Of a stretch of DNA of 64,000 nucleotides, positions 9,145 through 21,755 are shown in pieces. The stretch is taken from the NCBI GenBank assembly GCA_036558285.1, contig DATBFW010000133.1, positions 102 through 64,101 of the forward strand, given 5' to 3'. A program made the translations under genes and the position numbers. The notes beneath the pieces were generated by a model. It made no database searches. It was not told the origin of the DNA and worked only from the letters and a program-made list of their open reading frames with translations. Positions within the stretch are counted from its first letter, which is position 1. Every line of letters begins with the position of its first letter. Source of the stretch: Mycobacteriales bacterium. GTDB taxonomy: Bacteria; Actinomycetota; Actinomycetes; Mycobacteriales; CADCTP01.

Positions 9145-11883
9145 GTGAGATCGTGGATGGGCTATGAGGCGAACAGGGTGGCGGGCGTGGTAGCTCCGGT
9201 GCTGGCGTCCAAGCTGCGGGTGCCCGGGCGGCGGCGGGAGACCGTGCCGCGGCCGCGCCTGGTCGGGCGGGTGGGGACCGGCTCGCGGCTGACAGTGGTG
9301 TCGGCGCCGGCCGGGTTCGGCAAGACGACGCTGGTCACCGAGTGGCTGGCGGAGGCCGCACCTGCCGCGGTGGCGTGGGTGTCGCTGGACGAGCGGGACA
9401 ACGAGCCGCGGACCTTCTGGACGTACGTGCTCACCGCCCTGCACGGCGCGGTCGACGGGGTGGGGGCCGAGGCGCTCGGGCTGCTGGCCTCGCCGGGCGC
9501 GCCGATCGAGTCGGTGCTGGTCAGTCTCGTGAACGAGCTGGATGCGGTGCCGGGCGAGGTCGTGCTGGTGCTGGACGACTACCACCTCGTCGAGGCGGCC
9601 GAGATCCACGAAGGGATGGCGTTTCTCCTCGAGCACGCCCCGGCCGGCATGCATCTCGTGCTCGCCACCCGGGTCGACCCGCCGTTGCCGCTGGCGCGGC
9701 TGCGGGCCCGCGGCGAGCTGGTCGAGGTGCGCGCCCGCGACCTGCGGTTCACCCAGGACGAGGCCGATGCGTTCCTCGCCGGGCCGATGGGCCTTGCCCT
9801 GTCCAGGAACGACGTCGCCACGCTGGCCGAGCGGACCGAGGGCTGGGCGGCCGCGCTGCAGCTGGCCGGGTTGTCGCTGCGGGACCGGGAGGATCCGAGC
9901 GCGGTCGTCGCCAAGTTCGCCGGAGACGACCGGTTCGTCGTGGACTACCTCGCCGAGGAGGTGCTGGCGCGCCAGCCGGCCGACGTGCGCGACTTCCTGC
10001 TGCAGACCGCCGTACTCGACCGGTTCACCGGTCCGCTCTGCGACGCGGTCACCGGCCAGGGCGGCGGGGCGGCGCGGTTGGTCGCGCTCGATCGGTCCAA
10101 CCTGTTCCTCGTGCCGCTCGACGACCAGCGGCAGTGGTACCGGTACCACCACCTGTTCGCCGACGTGCTCCGCGTGCAGCTGCTCGGGCAGCAGCCGGGT
10201 CTGATCGGCGAGCTGCACCGGCGGGCGAGCGCATGGTTCCAGCAGCAGGGTGATCCGGTCGCGGCCATCGGCCACGCGCTGGCCGGCGAGGACTACGAGC
10301 GGGCCGCGGACCTCATCGAGCTGACGATGCCGCTGATGCAGCGCGAGCGGCGGGAACCCGAGCTCGCCCGGTGGGTACGCGAGGTGCCCGACGAGGTGGT
10401 GCAGGTCCGCCCGATGCTCGCCCTCGCGTTCGTCGGCGCGCTCGCGCAGGTGTCCGACTTCGCCACCGTCGACAAGCGACTGTCCGATATCGAGCGTTCG
10501 CTGCGCCCGGACGGCGGCCCCTGGCCGGAGCGGCTGCCCCCGGGACTCGTCGTGGCCGACGAGGACGGCTCCCGCTCGATCCCCGGGCAGGTCGAGATGT
10601 ACCGGGCCGCGCTCGCCCTTTGGCACCACGAGCTCGACGCGACCGTCGCCCACGCCAGGGCGGCGCTGTCGCTGGCCCCGCCGGGTGACGACCTCATCCG
10701 GGCTGCCGCCGGCGCGCTCGGTGGGCTCGCCTCCTGGGCGACCGGCGACCTGGCCGGCGCGCACGCGGCCTACACCGAGTCCGTCGCGGGACTGGCCAGC
10801 GTCGGCTTCGTCGCGGACGTCCTCGGCTGCAGCATCACGCTCGGGGACATCCGCAGCACCCAGGGCCGGCTCGGTGATGCCCTGCGTACGTACCGGCAGG
10901 CCCTCGACCTGGCCGAGACGGAGGCGGGCGCTCCGCTGCGGGGAACCGCCGACATGCACGTCGGCATCGCGACGGTCCTGCTCGAACGCGACGAACTCGC
11001 TGCCGCGGCCGAGCACCTGGCGACCAGCCGGAGGCTGGGCGAGCACAAGGGCCTGCCGCAGAACCCCTACCGGGAGCGGCTGGCGCTGGCCCGGCTCCGG
11101 GAGGCCGAGGGCGACCTCGACGCGGCGCTCGAGCTGGTCGACGAGGCGGACCGCGTCTACAACGGCGACTACTCCCCGAACGTTCGGCCCGTCCCGGCGG
11201 TCCGCGCCCGGCTGCGGCTGCGCCGGGGCGAGCTCGGGCCCGCGAACGCCTGGGTCCGCGAGCGGCAGCTGTCCGTCGAGGACGAGCTCAGCTACCTGCG
11301 CGAGTACGAGCACGTGACGCTCGCTCGCCTGCTGCTCGCTCGGGAGGATCTCGACGACTCCGTCGGGTTGCTGGACCGGCTGCTGTCCGCCGCGGAGGAG
11401 GGGCAGCGTGGTGGCACGGCAATCGAGGTGCAGCTGCTCCGGGCACTGGCCCTGCGGGCCGGTGGGGACCAGGCCGCCGCCCTCGACGCGCTGGCGCGTG
11501 CGGTGACGCGGGCCGAGCCGGAGGGTTACGTGCGCCTGTTCGCCGACGAGGGGCCGCCGATGGCCGCGCTGCTCCGCCTGCTCGCCAAGGACGATCGCGC
11601 GCCGCGTGGCTACGTGCGGCGGCTGCTGGCCGCCAGCACCGGCCGGCCGGACACCGCGGCGTCCGGGCAGCCGCTGGTCGACCCGCTCAGCGAGCGCGAG
11701 CTGGACGTGCTCCGGCTGCTGGCCAGCGACCTCGACGGGCCCGACATCGCGCGGGAGCTGGTCGTCAGCCTGAACACGCTGCGGACCCACACCAAGCGCA
11801 TCTACACCAAGCTCGGCGTCACCAACCGCCGCGCCGCCGTACAGCGAGGGCAAGCGCTCCACCTGCTGCCCGGACGGCGCTAG
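9145..11883 (+). CDS. LuxR-family transcriptional regulator, LAL/MalT type (AAA ATPase + TPR-like + C-terminal HTH)
   Basis: 912-aa ORF with Walker A SAPAGFGKTTL, Walker B VLVLDDYH and C-terminal LSERELDVLRLLASDLDGPDIARELVVSLNTLRTHTKRIYTKLGV. Start (GTG 9145 or ATG 9157) uncertain. Confidence 0.9.
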   Translation: MRSWMGYEANRVAGVVAPVLASKLRVPGRRRETVPRPRLVGRVGTGSRLTVVSAPAGFGKTTLVTEWLAEAAPAAVAWVSLDERDNEPRTFWTYVLTALHGAVDGVGAEALGLLASPGAPIESVLVSLVNELDAVPGEVVLVLDDYHLVEAAEIHEGMAFLLEHAPAGMHLVLATRVDPPLPLARLRARGELVEVRARDLRFTQDEADAFLAGPMGLALSRNDVATLAERTEGWAAALQLAGLSLRDREDPSAVVAKFAGDDRFVVDYLAEEVLARQPADVRDFLLQTAVLDRFTGPLCDAVTGQGGGAARLVALDRSNLFLVPLDDQRQWYRYHHLFADVLRVQLLGQQPGLIGELHRRASAWFQQQGDPVAAIGHALAGEDYERAADLIELTMPLMQRERREPELARWVREVPDEVVQVRPMLALAFVGALAQVSDFATVDKRLSDIERSLRPDGGPWPERLPPGLVVADEDGSRSIPGQVEMYRAALALWHHELDATVAHARAALSLAPPGDDLIRAAAGALGGLASWATGDLAGAHAAYTESVAGLASVGFVADVLGCSITLGDIRSTQGRLGDALRTYRQALDLAETEAGAPLRGTADMHVGIATVLLERDELAAAAEHLATSRRLGEHKGLPQNPYRERLALARLREAEGDLDAALELVDEADRVYNGDYSPNVRPVPAVRARLRLRRGELGPANAWVRERQLSVEDELSYLREYEHVTLARLLLAREDLDDSVGLLDRLLSAAEEGQRGGTAIEVQLLRALALRAGGDQAAALDALARAVTRAEPEGYVRLFADEGPPMAALLRLLAKDDRAPRGYVRRLLAASTGRPDTAASGQPLVDPLSERELDVLRLLASDLDGPDIARELVVSLNTLRTHTKRIYTKLGVTNRRAAVQRGQALHLLPGRR

Positions 11884-11893
11884 CACGACGCGG

Positions 11894-11929
11894 AGGCGGC
11901 CCACCGGTGGTCGCACCGGTGGACCGCCT
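11894..11929. terminator. bidirectional GC-rich hairpin between convergent genes
   Basis: aggcggcccaccggtg-gtcg-caccggtggaccgcct: 16-bp stem with one mismatch, 4-nt loop, no clear U-tract. Confidence 0.6.
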
Positions 11930-11944
11930 GGGCGGTACGGAGGA

Positions 11945-12688
11945 TCAGTCGACGGCCGGCGTGCGCGAGAAGCCCTTGACGGTCAGCCACACGCCGAGCG
12001 AGAACTCCCAGACCGCGATCGGCAGGGCGCAGAGCGCGCCGACGGCGGAAGCCTGGTCCCAGCCACCGAAGATCGTCGCGGTGGCGGACACGAGGATGAT
12101 CGGGGCACCGACGAGGCCGATGGCCGGGATGATCCGGGGCACTAGCCGTCCGCGGTACAGGGCGGTGCCGAGGAACAGCGCGTTGAAACCGGGGATCAGG
12201 CCGGGGCCGAGCAGGAAGGTCCACTGGCGCATCGCCACCAGCGCCGCACCGGTGACGCCGAGCGCCTCGGCCTGCGTTCCGGTCGCGCCGGCGAAGTCAC
12301 CCTGCAGGGTCACGAGCGACAGCAGGCTCATCACGCCGACCATGATCAGGGTGGCCTCGACGACCCGGGACGTGACGAACCCGATGGCGGCGGTCCGGCT
12401 GACCCGCCTCGTCACGGGGTACAGCGCGACGGCGGTGCCGACGCAGGCGACGGCGGTGACGACCTCGAGCCACGAGCCCCACAGCAGGGTGGTGTTGCTG
12501 TGCCGGCCGCTGATGTAGCCGGCCGGGTCGTCGATCACGCCGGCGAACAGCTTCAGCTGCGGGATCGAGGCGACGAACGTGACCAGGTAGGCGATGCCGC
12601 CGGCCAGCGCGACCTTCCGCGCCGGGTCCATCTGGCGGCGGGGGGCGGCGTCCTGGGCGCGGGCGTCGTGGGCGGCGGTGGTGGTCAT
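11945..12688 (-). CDS. membrane protein (DUF4386-like)
   Basis: In-frame ATG 12688 with RBS AGGAGGGGA. MTTTAAHDARAQ... followed by several hydrophobic helices (IAYLVTFVASIP, VTAVACVGTAVALYP, IMVGVMSLLSLV...). Confidence 0.7.
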   Translation of the reverse strand: MTTTAAHDARAQDAAPRRQMDPARKVALAGGIAYLVTFVASIPQLKLFAGVIDDPAGYISGRHSNTTLLWGSWLEVVTAVACVGTAVALYPVTRRVSRTAAIGFVTSRVVEATLIMVGVMSLLSLVTLQGDFAGATGTQAEALGVTGAALVAMRQWTFLLGPGLIPGFNALFLGTALYRGRLVPRIIPAIGLVGAPIILVSATATIFGGWDQASAVGALCALPIAVWEFSLGVWLTVKGFSRTPAVD

Positions 12689-12873
12689 GGCGGTCCCCTC
12701 CTGTCTTGCGGTTCGCCCCGGGAGCGGGACTAGCCGGAAGGTAGGAAGCGGTGTGGTGACCCGGCGTCCCCACATGTGGTGATCCCGAGTGGTCACTCCC
12801 CAGGGATGAGGTGGCGACGGCCGGTGCCGGCACAGGCTGGCCCGGGGGACGGGCCCCCGGGGGAGGTGGCGGC

Positions 12874-15569
<2,696 letters not shown>

Positions 15570-15573
<4 letters not shown>

Positions 15574-17042
15574 CCGGGTGGCCGGCGCAGCCTGTCGTCT
15601 ACGAGGTGGACACCTGGGTGTGGCTGGCGGAGCTCGGCCCGGACCGGACGCTCGGCACCGTTCCGGCCGAGGCGTGGGACGCGCTCGCGTTGCCCGGCGT
15701 GGACGCGGTCTGGCTGATGGGCGTCTGGGAGCGGAGCCCGGCCGGGCTGGACATCGCGCTGCACGACGAGGAGTTGACCGCCTCCTTCGCACGGGCGCTG
15801 CCGGATCTCGCGCCCGCCGACGTCGTCGGCTCGCCGTACTGCATCCGCCGGTACGTGGTGGACGACCGGCTGGGCGGTCCGGCCGGGCTGGCCGCCGCCC
15901 GGGCCGAGCTCGCCCGGCGCCGCGTGCGGCTGCTGCTCGACTACGTGCCCAACCACGTCGCTCCGGACCACCCCTGGGTGCGCGAGCGGCCCGAGGTCTT
16001 CGTGCGCGGCAGCGAGGGCGACCTGGCCCGCGAGCCGGACGCGTTCGTCGAGGTGGACGGGCAGGTGCTGGCCCGCGGGCGGGATCCTTACTTCCCGCCC
16101 TGGCCGGATGTCGTGCAGCTGGACGCGTTCAGCTCGCGGATGCGGGACGCGACCGTCGAGACGCTCGCCGACATCGGCGACCAGTGCGACGGGGTGCGCT
16201 GCGACATGGCCATGCTGCTGCTCACCGACGTGTTCGCGAAGACCTGGGGCGACCGGGTCGGGCCGCCGCCGGAGACCGAGTTCTGGCCCGAGATCCTCGG
16301 CCGGGTACGGGACCGGCACCCGGAGATGCTGTTCGTCGCCGAGGCGTACTGGGACCTGGAGTGGGCGCTGCAACAGCAGGGCTTCGACCACTGCTATGAC
16401 AAGCGTCTCTACGACCGGCTCGCCGGCGAGGACGCCGCCTCGGTGCGGGCGCATCTCGCCGCCGGCGTGGACTACCAGCGGCGGCTGGTCCGGTTCCTGG
16501 AGAACCACGACGAGCCGCGGGCGGCGGCCACGCTGGCCCCGGTCGAGCGCGAGCGGGCGGCCGCGCTGGTGATCGCCACCCTGCCCGGCGCGACGCTCTG
16601 GCACGAGGGCCAGTTCGACGGACGGACGGTCCGGCTGCCGGTGTTCCTCGGCCGCCGCCCGGCCGAGCCGCTGTCCGCGGACCTGCGCCGCTTCCACCTG
16701 GACCTCGTCGCCGCGGTCGCGGCGTCCGGGATGCGAGCGGGGCAGTGGCAGGCGCTGGACTGCACCGGCTGGCCGGACAACCCGTCGTACCGGCAGGTCG
16801 TCGCCTGGTCCTGGCGGGACGGCGACCGGCGGCACCTGGTCGTCGTCAACCTGGCCGCGGCGCCGGCCCAGGCGCGCGTCCGGCTGCCGTGGCCGGAGCT
16901 GCGGGGCCGGTCCTGGCAGCTGGCGCCGGTGCTCGCCGGCGAGACGTTCGACCGGGCCGGCGCCGAGATGGTCGATCCCGGGTTGTTCGTGTCGCTCGAG
17001 CCGTGGGGCTGGCACGCGGTCGAGCTCGTGCCGGCCGGTTAG
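15570..17042 (+). CDS. alpha-amylase family (GH13) glycosyl hydrolase
   Basis: GTG 15570 overlaps the GH63-like stop (GTGA). GH13 conserved regions LLLDYVPNHVA, GVRCDMA, FVAEAYW, FLENHDE. The upstream 12966-15569 part of the 1358-aa ORF is an out-of-frame shadow. Confidence 0.85.
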
Positions 17043-17542
17043 GGGCGCGGAGCGGCGAAGGCGGTGAGGGTGCCGGCGGTCACCCCGGACCAGGGACCGT
17101 CGACGGTGAAGACCGCCAGGCCGCCGGTCGGGTATTTGCCGGTGACGTCCTCGCGGGCCGCCTCGTCGCCGGTGCCGTCGTCGAAGCTGATCGCGAACTC
17201 CTGCATGCCCGGGTTGTGGCCGACGAGCGCGAGCGTGCGGACGCTGTCCGGGGTATCCCGGACCACGGCCAGCAGCGCCTCGCGGGAGTTGTCGTAGATC
17301 CGCTCGTCCTGCACCGGGTCGGGGCCGCCGTCGAAGGCGGTGGCGGCACGCTCCCAGGTCTGCCGCGCCCGGCGGGCGGGGGAGACGACGATCCGGTCGG
17401 GGACGAGCTGCCGCTCGGCCAGCCAGCGTCCGATCTCCGGCGCCTCCCGCATCCCGCGGGTGGCCAGCGGCCGCTCCCGGTCGACGTTCCCCTCGGCGGC
17501 CTTGGCGTGCCGGATCAGGACGAGTCGTCGGGCCTGCTCCAT
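17039..17542 (-). CDS. histidine phosphatase family protein (SixA-like)
   Basis: 167-aa ORF with LVLIRHAKA (RHG-type motif) and VGHNPG. Confidence 0.85.
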   Translation of the reverse strand: MEQARRLVLIRHAKAAEGNVDRERPLATRGMREAPEIGRWLAERQLVPDRIVVSPARRARQTWERAATAFDGGPDPVQDERIYDNSREALLAVVRDTPDSVRTLALVGHNPGMQEFAISFDDGTGDEAAREDVTGKYPTGGLAVFTVDGPWSGVTAGTLTAFAAPRP

Positions 17543-17655
17543 GACGGCCAGGATGGCAGGTCCGTTCTCCGGCGGCGATCTCGTCCCGCCCGGACGATCC
17601 GCCGGCCGGGTGACGGCCGCACCGTGTGGGAGCCCCGTCTCGGAAGGAGGCCGCG

Positions 17656-19296
17656 ATGACGGCTCGATCGGCCACGGTCGCCGCGCAGGCCGGCAGCGGT
17701 CTTGTCCTGCTGACCCTGGCGTCGGGCCAGTTCCTGATGACCCTCGACAGCTCGGTCATGAACGTGTCCATCGCGACCGTGGCCAAGGACCTCGGCACGG
17801 ACATCACCGGAGTGCAGACCGCGATCACGCTGTACACGCTGGTCATGGCCATGTTGATGGTCACAGGGGGGAAGATCGGCACGATGATCGGCCGGCGGCG
17901 GGCGTTCGCCATCGGGTCGGTCATCTACGGCGCGGGCTCGCTCACGACCGCGCTCGCGCCGAACCTCACGGTGCTCATTCTCGGCTGGTCGGTGCTGGAG
18001 GGGATCGGCGCGGCGCTGATCCTGCCGGCGATCGTCGCGCTGGTCGCCAGCAACTTCCCGCCCGAGGGGAGGCCCCGGGCGTACGGGCTTGTCATGGCGG
18101 CGGGGGCGATCGCCATCGCCGTCGGGCCACTGATCGGCGGGGTGTGCACGACGTACTTCTCCTGGCGCTGGGTGTTCGCCGGCGAGGTGGTCATCGTCAT
18201 CGGGATCCTCGCGCTCGCCCGGCGGATCGCCGACTCGGTGCCGGACCAGCGCGGGCGGCTCGACCTGGTCGGGGCCGGGCTGTCGGCGGCCGGCCTCGGC
18301 CTTGCCGTGTACGGCGTCCTGCGCGCGGGCACGTGGGGCTGGGTCAACCCCAAGCCGGGTGCGCCGTCGATGGCCGGCCTGTCGCCGGTCGTCTGGCTGA
18401 TCGTCGGCGGCCTGCTGGTGATCTGGCTGTTCCTCGGCTGGGAGCGCCGGCTGGAGAGTCGCGGCGCCGAACCGCTGATCCGCCCGTCGATGCTGGGCAA
18501 CCGGCAGCTGGCCGGCGGCCTGGTGATGTTCTTCATCCAGTACCTGGTGCAGATGGGGCTGTTCTTCACGATCCCGCTGTTCCTGTCGGTCTCGCTCGGC
18601 CTGTCCGCGCTGGAGACCGGGGCCCGGATCCTGCCGCTGTCGATCACGCTGCTCATCGCTGCGGCGGGCATCCCGCGGTTCCTGCCGGACGTGTCGCCGC
18701 GGCGGGTCGTCCGGCTCGGCCTGCTGGCGATGTTCGCCGGGATCGTCTCGCTGCTGGCGAGCCTGGACACGAGTGCGTCGGCGGCGATCGTCACCGTCCC
18801 GCTGCTGCTCACCGGCCTCGGCATCGGCGCGCTGGCCTCGCAGCTCGGCGCCGTCACGGTCTCCGCCGTCCCGGACGAGCAGAGCCCCGAGGTCGGCGGC
18901 CTGCAGAACACGTCGACGAACCTCGGCGCATCGATCGGCACGGCGCTGGCCGGCTCGATCCTCATCGCGGCGCTGACCACCTCGTTCCTGGGCGGCATCC
19001 AGGAGAACCCGGATGTGCCGGCCGCGGTGAAGTCGCAGGCGAGCGTGGAGCTCGCCGCGGGCGTTCCGTTCCTGTCCGACGCGGACCTGGAGACTGCCCT
19101 CGGCAAGGCGGGGGTCACCGGCGAGGCCGCCGACGCCGTCGTCGACGTCAACGCCCAGGCCCGGGTCGACGGCCTGCGCGCCGCCCTGTTCATCCTCGCG
19201 CTGATCGCGTTCCTCGGGTTGTTCTCCGCTCGCCGGATCCCGACCCGGCAGCCGACCTCGGCCGCCGCACCCGCACCGGCGGCAAACGGTCCGTAG
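17656..19296 (+). CDS. MFS transporter, DHA2 (EmrB/QacA-like, 14-TMS type)
   Basis: ATG 17656 with RBS GGAAGGAGG. LASGQFLMTLDSSVMNVSIATVAKDLG, GKIGTMIGRRRAF, many hydrophobic segments. Confidence 0.9.
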   Translation: MTARSATVAAQAGSGLVLLTLASGQFLMTLDSSVMNVSIATVAKDLGTDITGVQTAITLYTLVMAMLMVTGGKIGTMIGRRRAFAIGSVIYGAGSLTTALAPNLTVLILGWSVLEGIGAALILPAIVALVASNFPPEGRPRAYGLVMAAGAIAIAVGPLIGGVCTTYFSWRWVFAGEVVIVIGILALARRIADSVPDQRGRLDLVGAGLSAAGLGLAVYGVLRAGTWGWVNPKPGAPSMAGLSPVVWLIVGGLLVIWLFLGWERRLESRGAEPLIRPSMLGNRQLAGGLVMFFIQYLVQMGLFFTIPLFLSVSLGLSALETGARILPLSITLLIAAAGIPRFLPDVSPRRVVRLGLLAMFAGIVSLLASLDTSASAAIVTVPLLLTGLGIGALASQLGAVTVSAVPDEQSPEVGGLQNTSTNLGASIGTALAGSILIAALTTSFLGGIQENPDVPAAVKSQASVELAAGVPFLSDADLETALGKAGVTGEAADAVVDVNAQARVDGLRAALFILALIAFLGLFSARRIPTRQPTSAAAPAPAANGP

Positions 19297-19359
19297 CCCC
19301 TGCGGGATGACCGCGTGCGAGGCTGACCGGGAAGGCGAGGCGGCAGGGAGGACGGTGCG

Positions 19360-21102
19360 GTGGCGAGGTTGCTGTCGGTCAACGTCGGCTTGCCCAAGGA
19401 CGTCCCGTGGCAGGGGCACACGGTGCACACCGGCATCTGGAAGCAGTCCGTCGACGGGCCGCAGATGGTGCGCCGGCTCAACATCGACGGCGATGGTCAG
19501 GGCGACCTGAAGGGCCACGGCGGCGAGCAGCGGGCGGTGATGGTCTACCAGATCGAGTCGTACCGGCACTGGCAGGAGCACTTCGGCCGGGACGACTTCG
19601 TGTACGGCGAGTTCGGTGAGAACTTCACCATCGAGGGCCTCGGCGACGACGAGGTCTGCATCGGCGACCGGTATCGCATCGGAGCGGCCGAGTTCGAGGT
19701 CACCCAGCCGCGGGTGACCTGCTACCGGGTCGGCATCCGGCTCGGCGAGCCGCAGATGCCGGCCCTGCTCGTCGCCCACCACCGCCCGGGCTTCTACCTG
19801 CGGGTGATCGCCGAAGGACAGGTCCAGGCCGGCGACGAGATCGTGCGGACCAGGGTCGGCCGGCACGAGCTCAGCGTCGCCGACGTCGACGCCCTGCTCT
19901 ACCTGCCCGACCGCGACATCGAGCGGCTGCGCGCGGCCGTCGACATCCCCGCGCTGAGCCCGGGCTGGCAGCAGTCGTTCCGCGAGCTGCTCGACAGCGC
20001 CGAGAACGGAACGCCGGCCGCCGCGCCGGCCGTCGGGGTCGAGCCCGGCTGGCCCGGGTTCCGCCGGCTGCGCGTCGCCGAGCTCGTGCCCGAGACCGCG
20101 ACGGTGACCTCGGTCTACCTGGCTGCGGACGACGGCGGCACGCTGCCGGCGGCGCTGGCCGGGCAGTACATCACCCTGCGCGCCGCCGGGGCCGGCGATC
20201 CGGCGCCGGTACGCAGCTACTCGCTCTCGTCCAGCCCCGGCTCGACGACGTACCGGATCAGCGTCAAGCGCGAACCGCACGGCGTGGTGAGCACGTTCGT
20301 CAACACCCGGCTGCGGCCCGGCACGCTCGTCGATGTCGCCGCGCCGCGGGGCGAGTTCGTGCTCACCGACGGCACCGGCCCGGTGCTGCTCGTCTCGGCC
20401 GGTGTCGGCGTCACGCCCGTCCTGGCCATGCTCTACCAGCTCGCCGCGGCCGCCAGCACCCGGGACGTCTGGTGGATCCATGCGGCCCGGGACGCGTCCC
20501 AGCACGCGTTCGGGCCCGAGGCGCACCGGCTGCTGCAGTCACTGCCGAACGCGCACGAGCACATCTTCTACACCGCGGCCGATGCCGAGGTGCCGCCCGG
20601 GAGCCCGGTCATCCGGGGGCGGCCGACCCTGGCCGCGCTCGGTGGCCTCGACCTGCCGGCGGGCGCCACCGCGTACGTCTGCGGGCCGGCGGCGTTCATG
20701 ACCGACGTCCGGGACTCGCTCGTCGCCCTCGGCGTCGAGCCGGACGACGTGCACATCGAGCTGTTCGGCGCGCTGCCGGCGAGCAACCCCGGGCTCACCG
20801 ACACCGACCGGCCGGCCCCGCACCAGCCGCCGGGGCCGCCGGGGACGGGGCCGCAGATCACCTTCGCCCGCAGCGGCTTGATCGTGCGCTGGTCCGGCCG
20901 GGACCCGTCGCTGCTGGAGCTGGCCGACGCGTGCGACGTGCCGACCCGGTGGTCCTGCCGGACCGGGGTCTGCCACACCTGCGTCACGCCGATCCTCTCC
21001 GGCGCCGTCAGCTACGCGCCCGACCCGCTGGAGCCGCCCGGACCGGGCGAGGTGCTCGTCTGCTGCTCCCAGCCCGACGGCGACGTGGTGCTCGACCTCT
21101 GA
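19360..21102 (+). CDS. MOSC domain protein fused to FNR-like FAD/NAD(P)-binding reductase and 2Fe-2S ferredoxin domain
   Basis: 580-aa ORF. N-terminal MOSC (GDGQGDLKGHGGEQRAV, VTQPRVTCYRVG), RSYSLSS flavin motif, C-terminal CRTGVCHTC...C cluster. Confidence 0.9.
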   Translation: MARLLSVNVGLPKDVPWQGHTVHTGIWKQSVDGPQMVRRLNIDGDGQGDLKGHGGEQRAVMVYQIESYRHWQEHFGRDDFVYGEFGENFTIEGLGDDEVCIGDRYRIGAAEFEVTQPRVTCYRVGIRLGEPQMPALLVAHHRPGFYLRVIAEGQVQAGDEIVRTRVGRHELSVADVDALLYLPDRDIERLRAAVDIPALSPGWQQSFRELLDSAENGTPAAAPAVGVEPGWPGFRRLRVAELVPETATVTSVYLAADDGGTLPAALAGQYITLRAAGAGDPAPVRSYSLSSSPGSTTYRISVKREPHGVVSTFVNTRLRPGTLVDVAAPRGEFVLTDGTGPVLLVSAGVGVTPVLAMLYQLAAAASTRDVWWIHAARDASQHAFGPEAHRLLQSLPNAHEHIFYTAADAEVPPGSPVIRGRPTLAALGGLDLPAGATAYVCGPAAFMTDVRDSLVALGVEPDDVHIELFGALPASNPGLTDTDRPAPHQPPGPPGTGPQITFARSGLIVRWSGRDPSLLELADACDVPTRWSCRTGVCHTCVTPILSGAVSYAPDPLEPPGPGEVLVCCSQPDGDVVLDL

Positions 21103-21107
21103 GCGCG

Positions 21108-21755
21108 TCAGCGGCGGTGCACGCCGACGACGAGGGTGAGCAGCGCGCCGAGGATCAGGCCGAGCCCGGCGCCGGCGACGACGTCGAGCGGGTTGTGCGC
21201 GCCGAGGTAGATGCGGGCGACACCGACACCGACGGCCAGCAGCGTCGCGACGATCCGCCCGGTGCGGCCGAGGTACGGCCAGAGGATGACCAGCGTGGCC
21301 GCGGCGACGATCGCGTGGCCGGACGGGAACGACAGGCCGGCCGGTGGCACGTCGCGGAGGATCGGGTCGGTCTCGGTCTGGCCGGGGCGCTGGCGTTCGA
21401 CCAGCTGCTTGAGCACCTGCCGCTCGGCGACGAGCTTGAGCGGGACCAGCAGCAGCAGGGCGAGCGCCGGACGCCACCGGCGCAGCACCAGCAGCACCAC
21501 GGCGATCACCACCGGGGTGACCAGGACGCCGAGCAGCTGGAACGCCCACATCGGCCGTTCCAGCCAGTCGGGCAGGCCGTTGATCGCCTCGAACACCGAG
21601 CGCTCGGGCGCGGAGACGGTGCCGTCCCGGGCGGCGAGGGAGGAGAGGACGGTCAGCGCGAGGCCGACGAGGGCGACCGCGGCCATCGGGCCGGCCAGCC
21701 CGCGGCGGTCCCGCCGGCCCGTCACCGGCCGGCTTCGGTCCTGCTGGCCCGTCAC
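21108..21755 (-). CDS. phosphatase PAP2 family protein
   Basis: C-terminal part of ORF 21108..22940: SFPSGH and ARIYLGAHNPLDV motifs plus TM helices. GTG 21755 overlaps the DAG-kinase stop (GTGA). Alternative starts at 21725 and 21686. Confidence 0.8.
   Translation of the reverse strand: MTGQQDRSRPVTGRRDRRGLAGPMAAVALVGLALTVLSSLAARDGTVSAPERSVFEAINGLPDWLERPMWAFQLLGVLVTPVVIAVVLLVLRRWRPALALLLLVPLKLVAERQVLKQLVERQRPGQTETDPILRDVPPAGLSFPSGHAIVAAATLVILWPYLGRTGRIVATLLAVGVGVARIYLGAHNPLDVVAGAGLGLILGALLTLVVGVHRR

Noticed and set aside
7696-11916. Very long minus-strand ORF (1406 aa). Similar giant ORFs occur at 13543-15792, 15309-17924, 17515-20526, 53476-56160 and others.
   Set aside because: Their translations are Arg/Pro/Gly/Ala-rich low-complexity with no motifs. 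They lie antisense to, or out of frame with, genes that carry clear domain motifs and proper third-position G/C bias. These are typical high-GC shadow ORFs.
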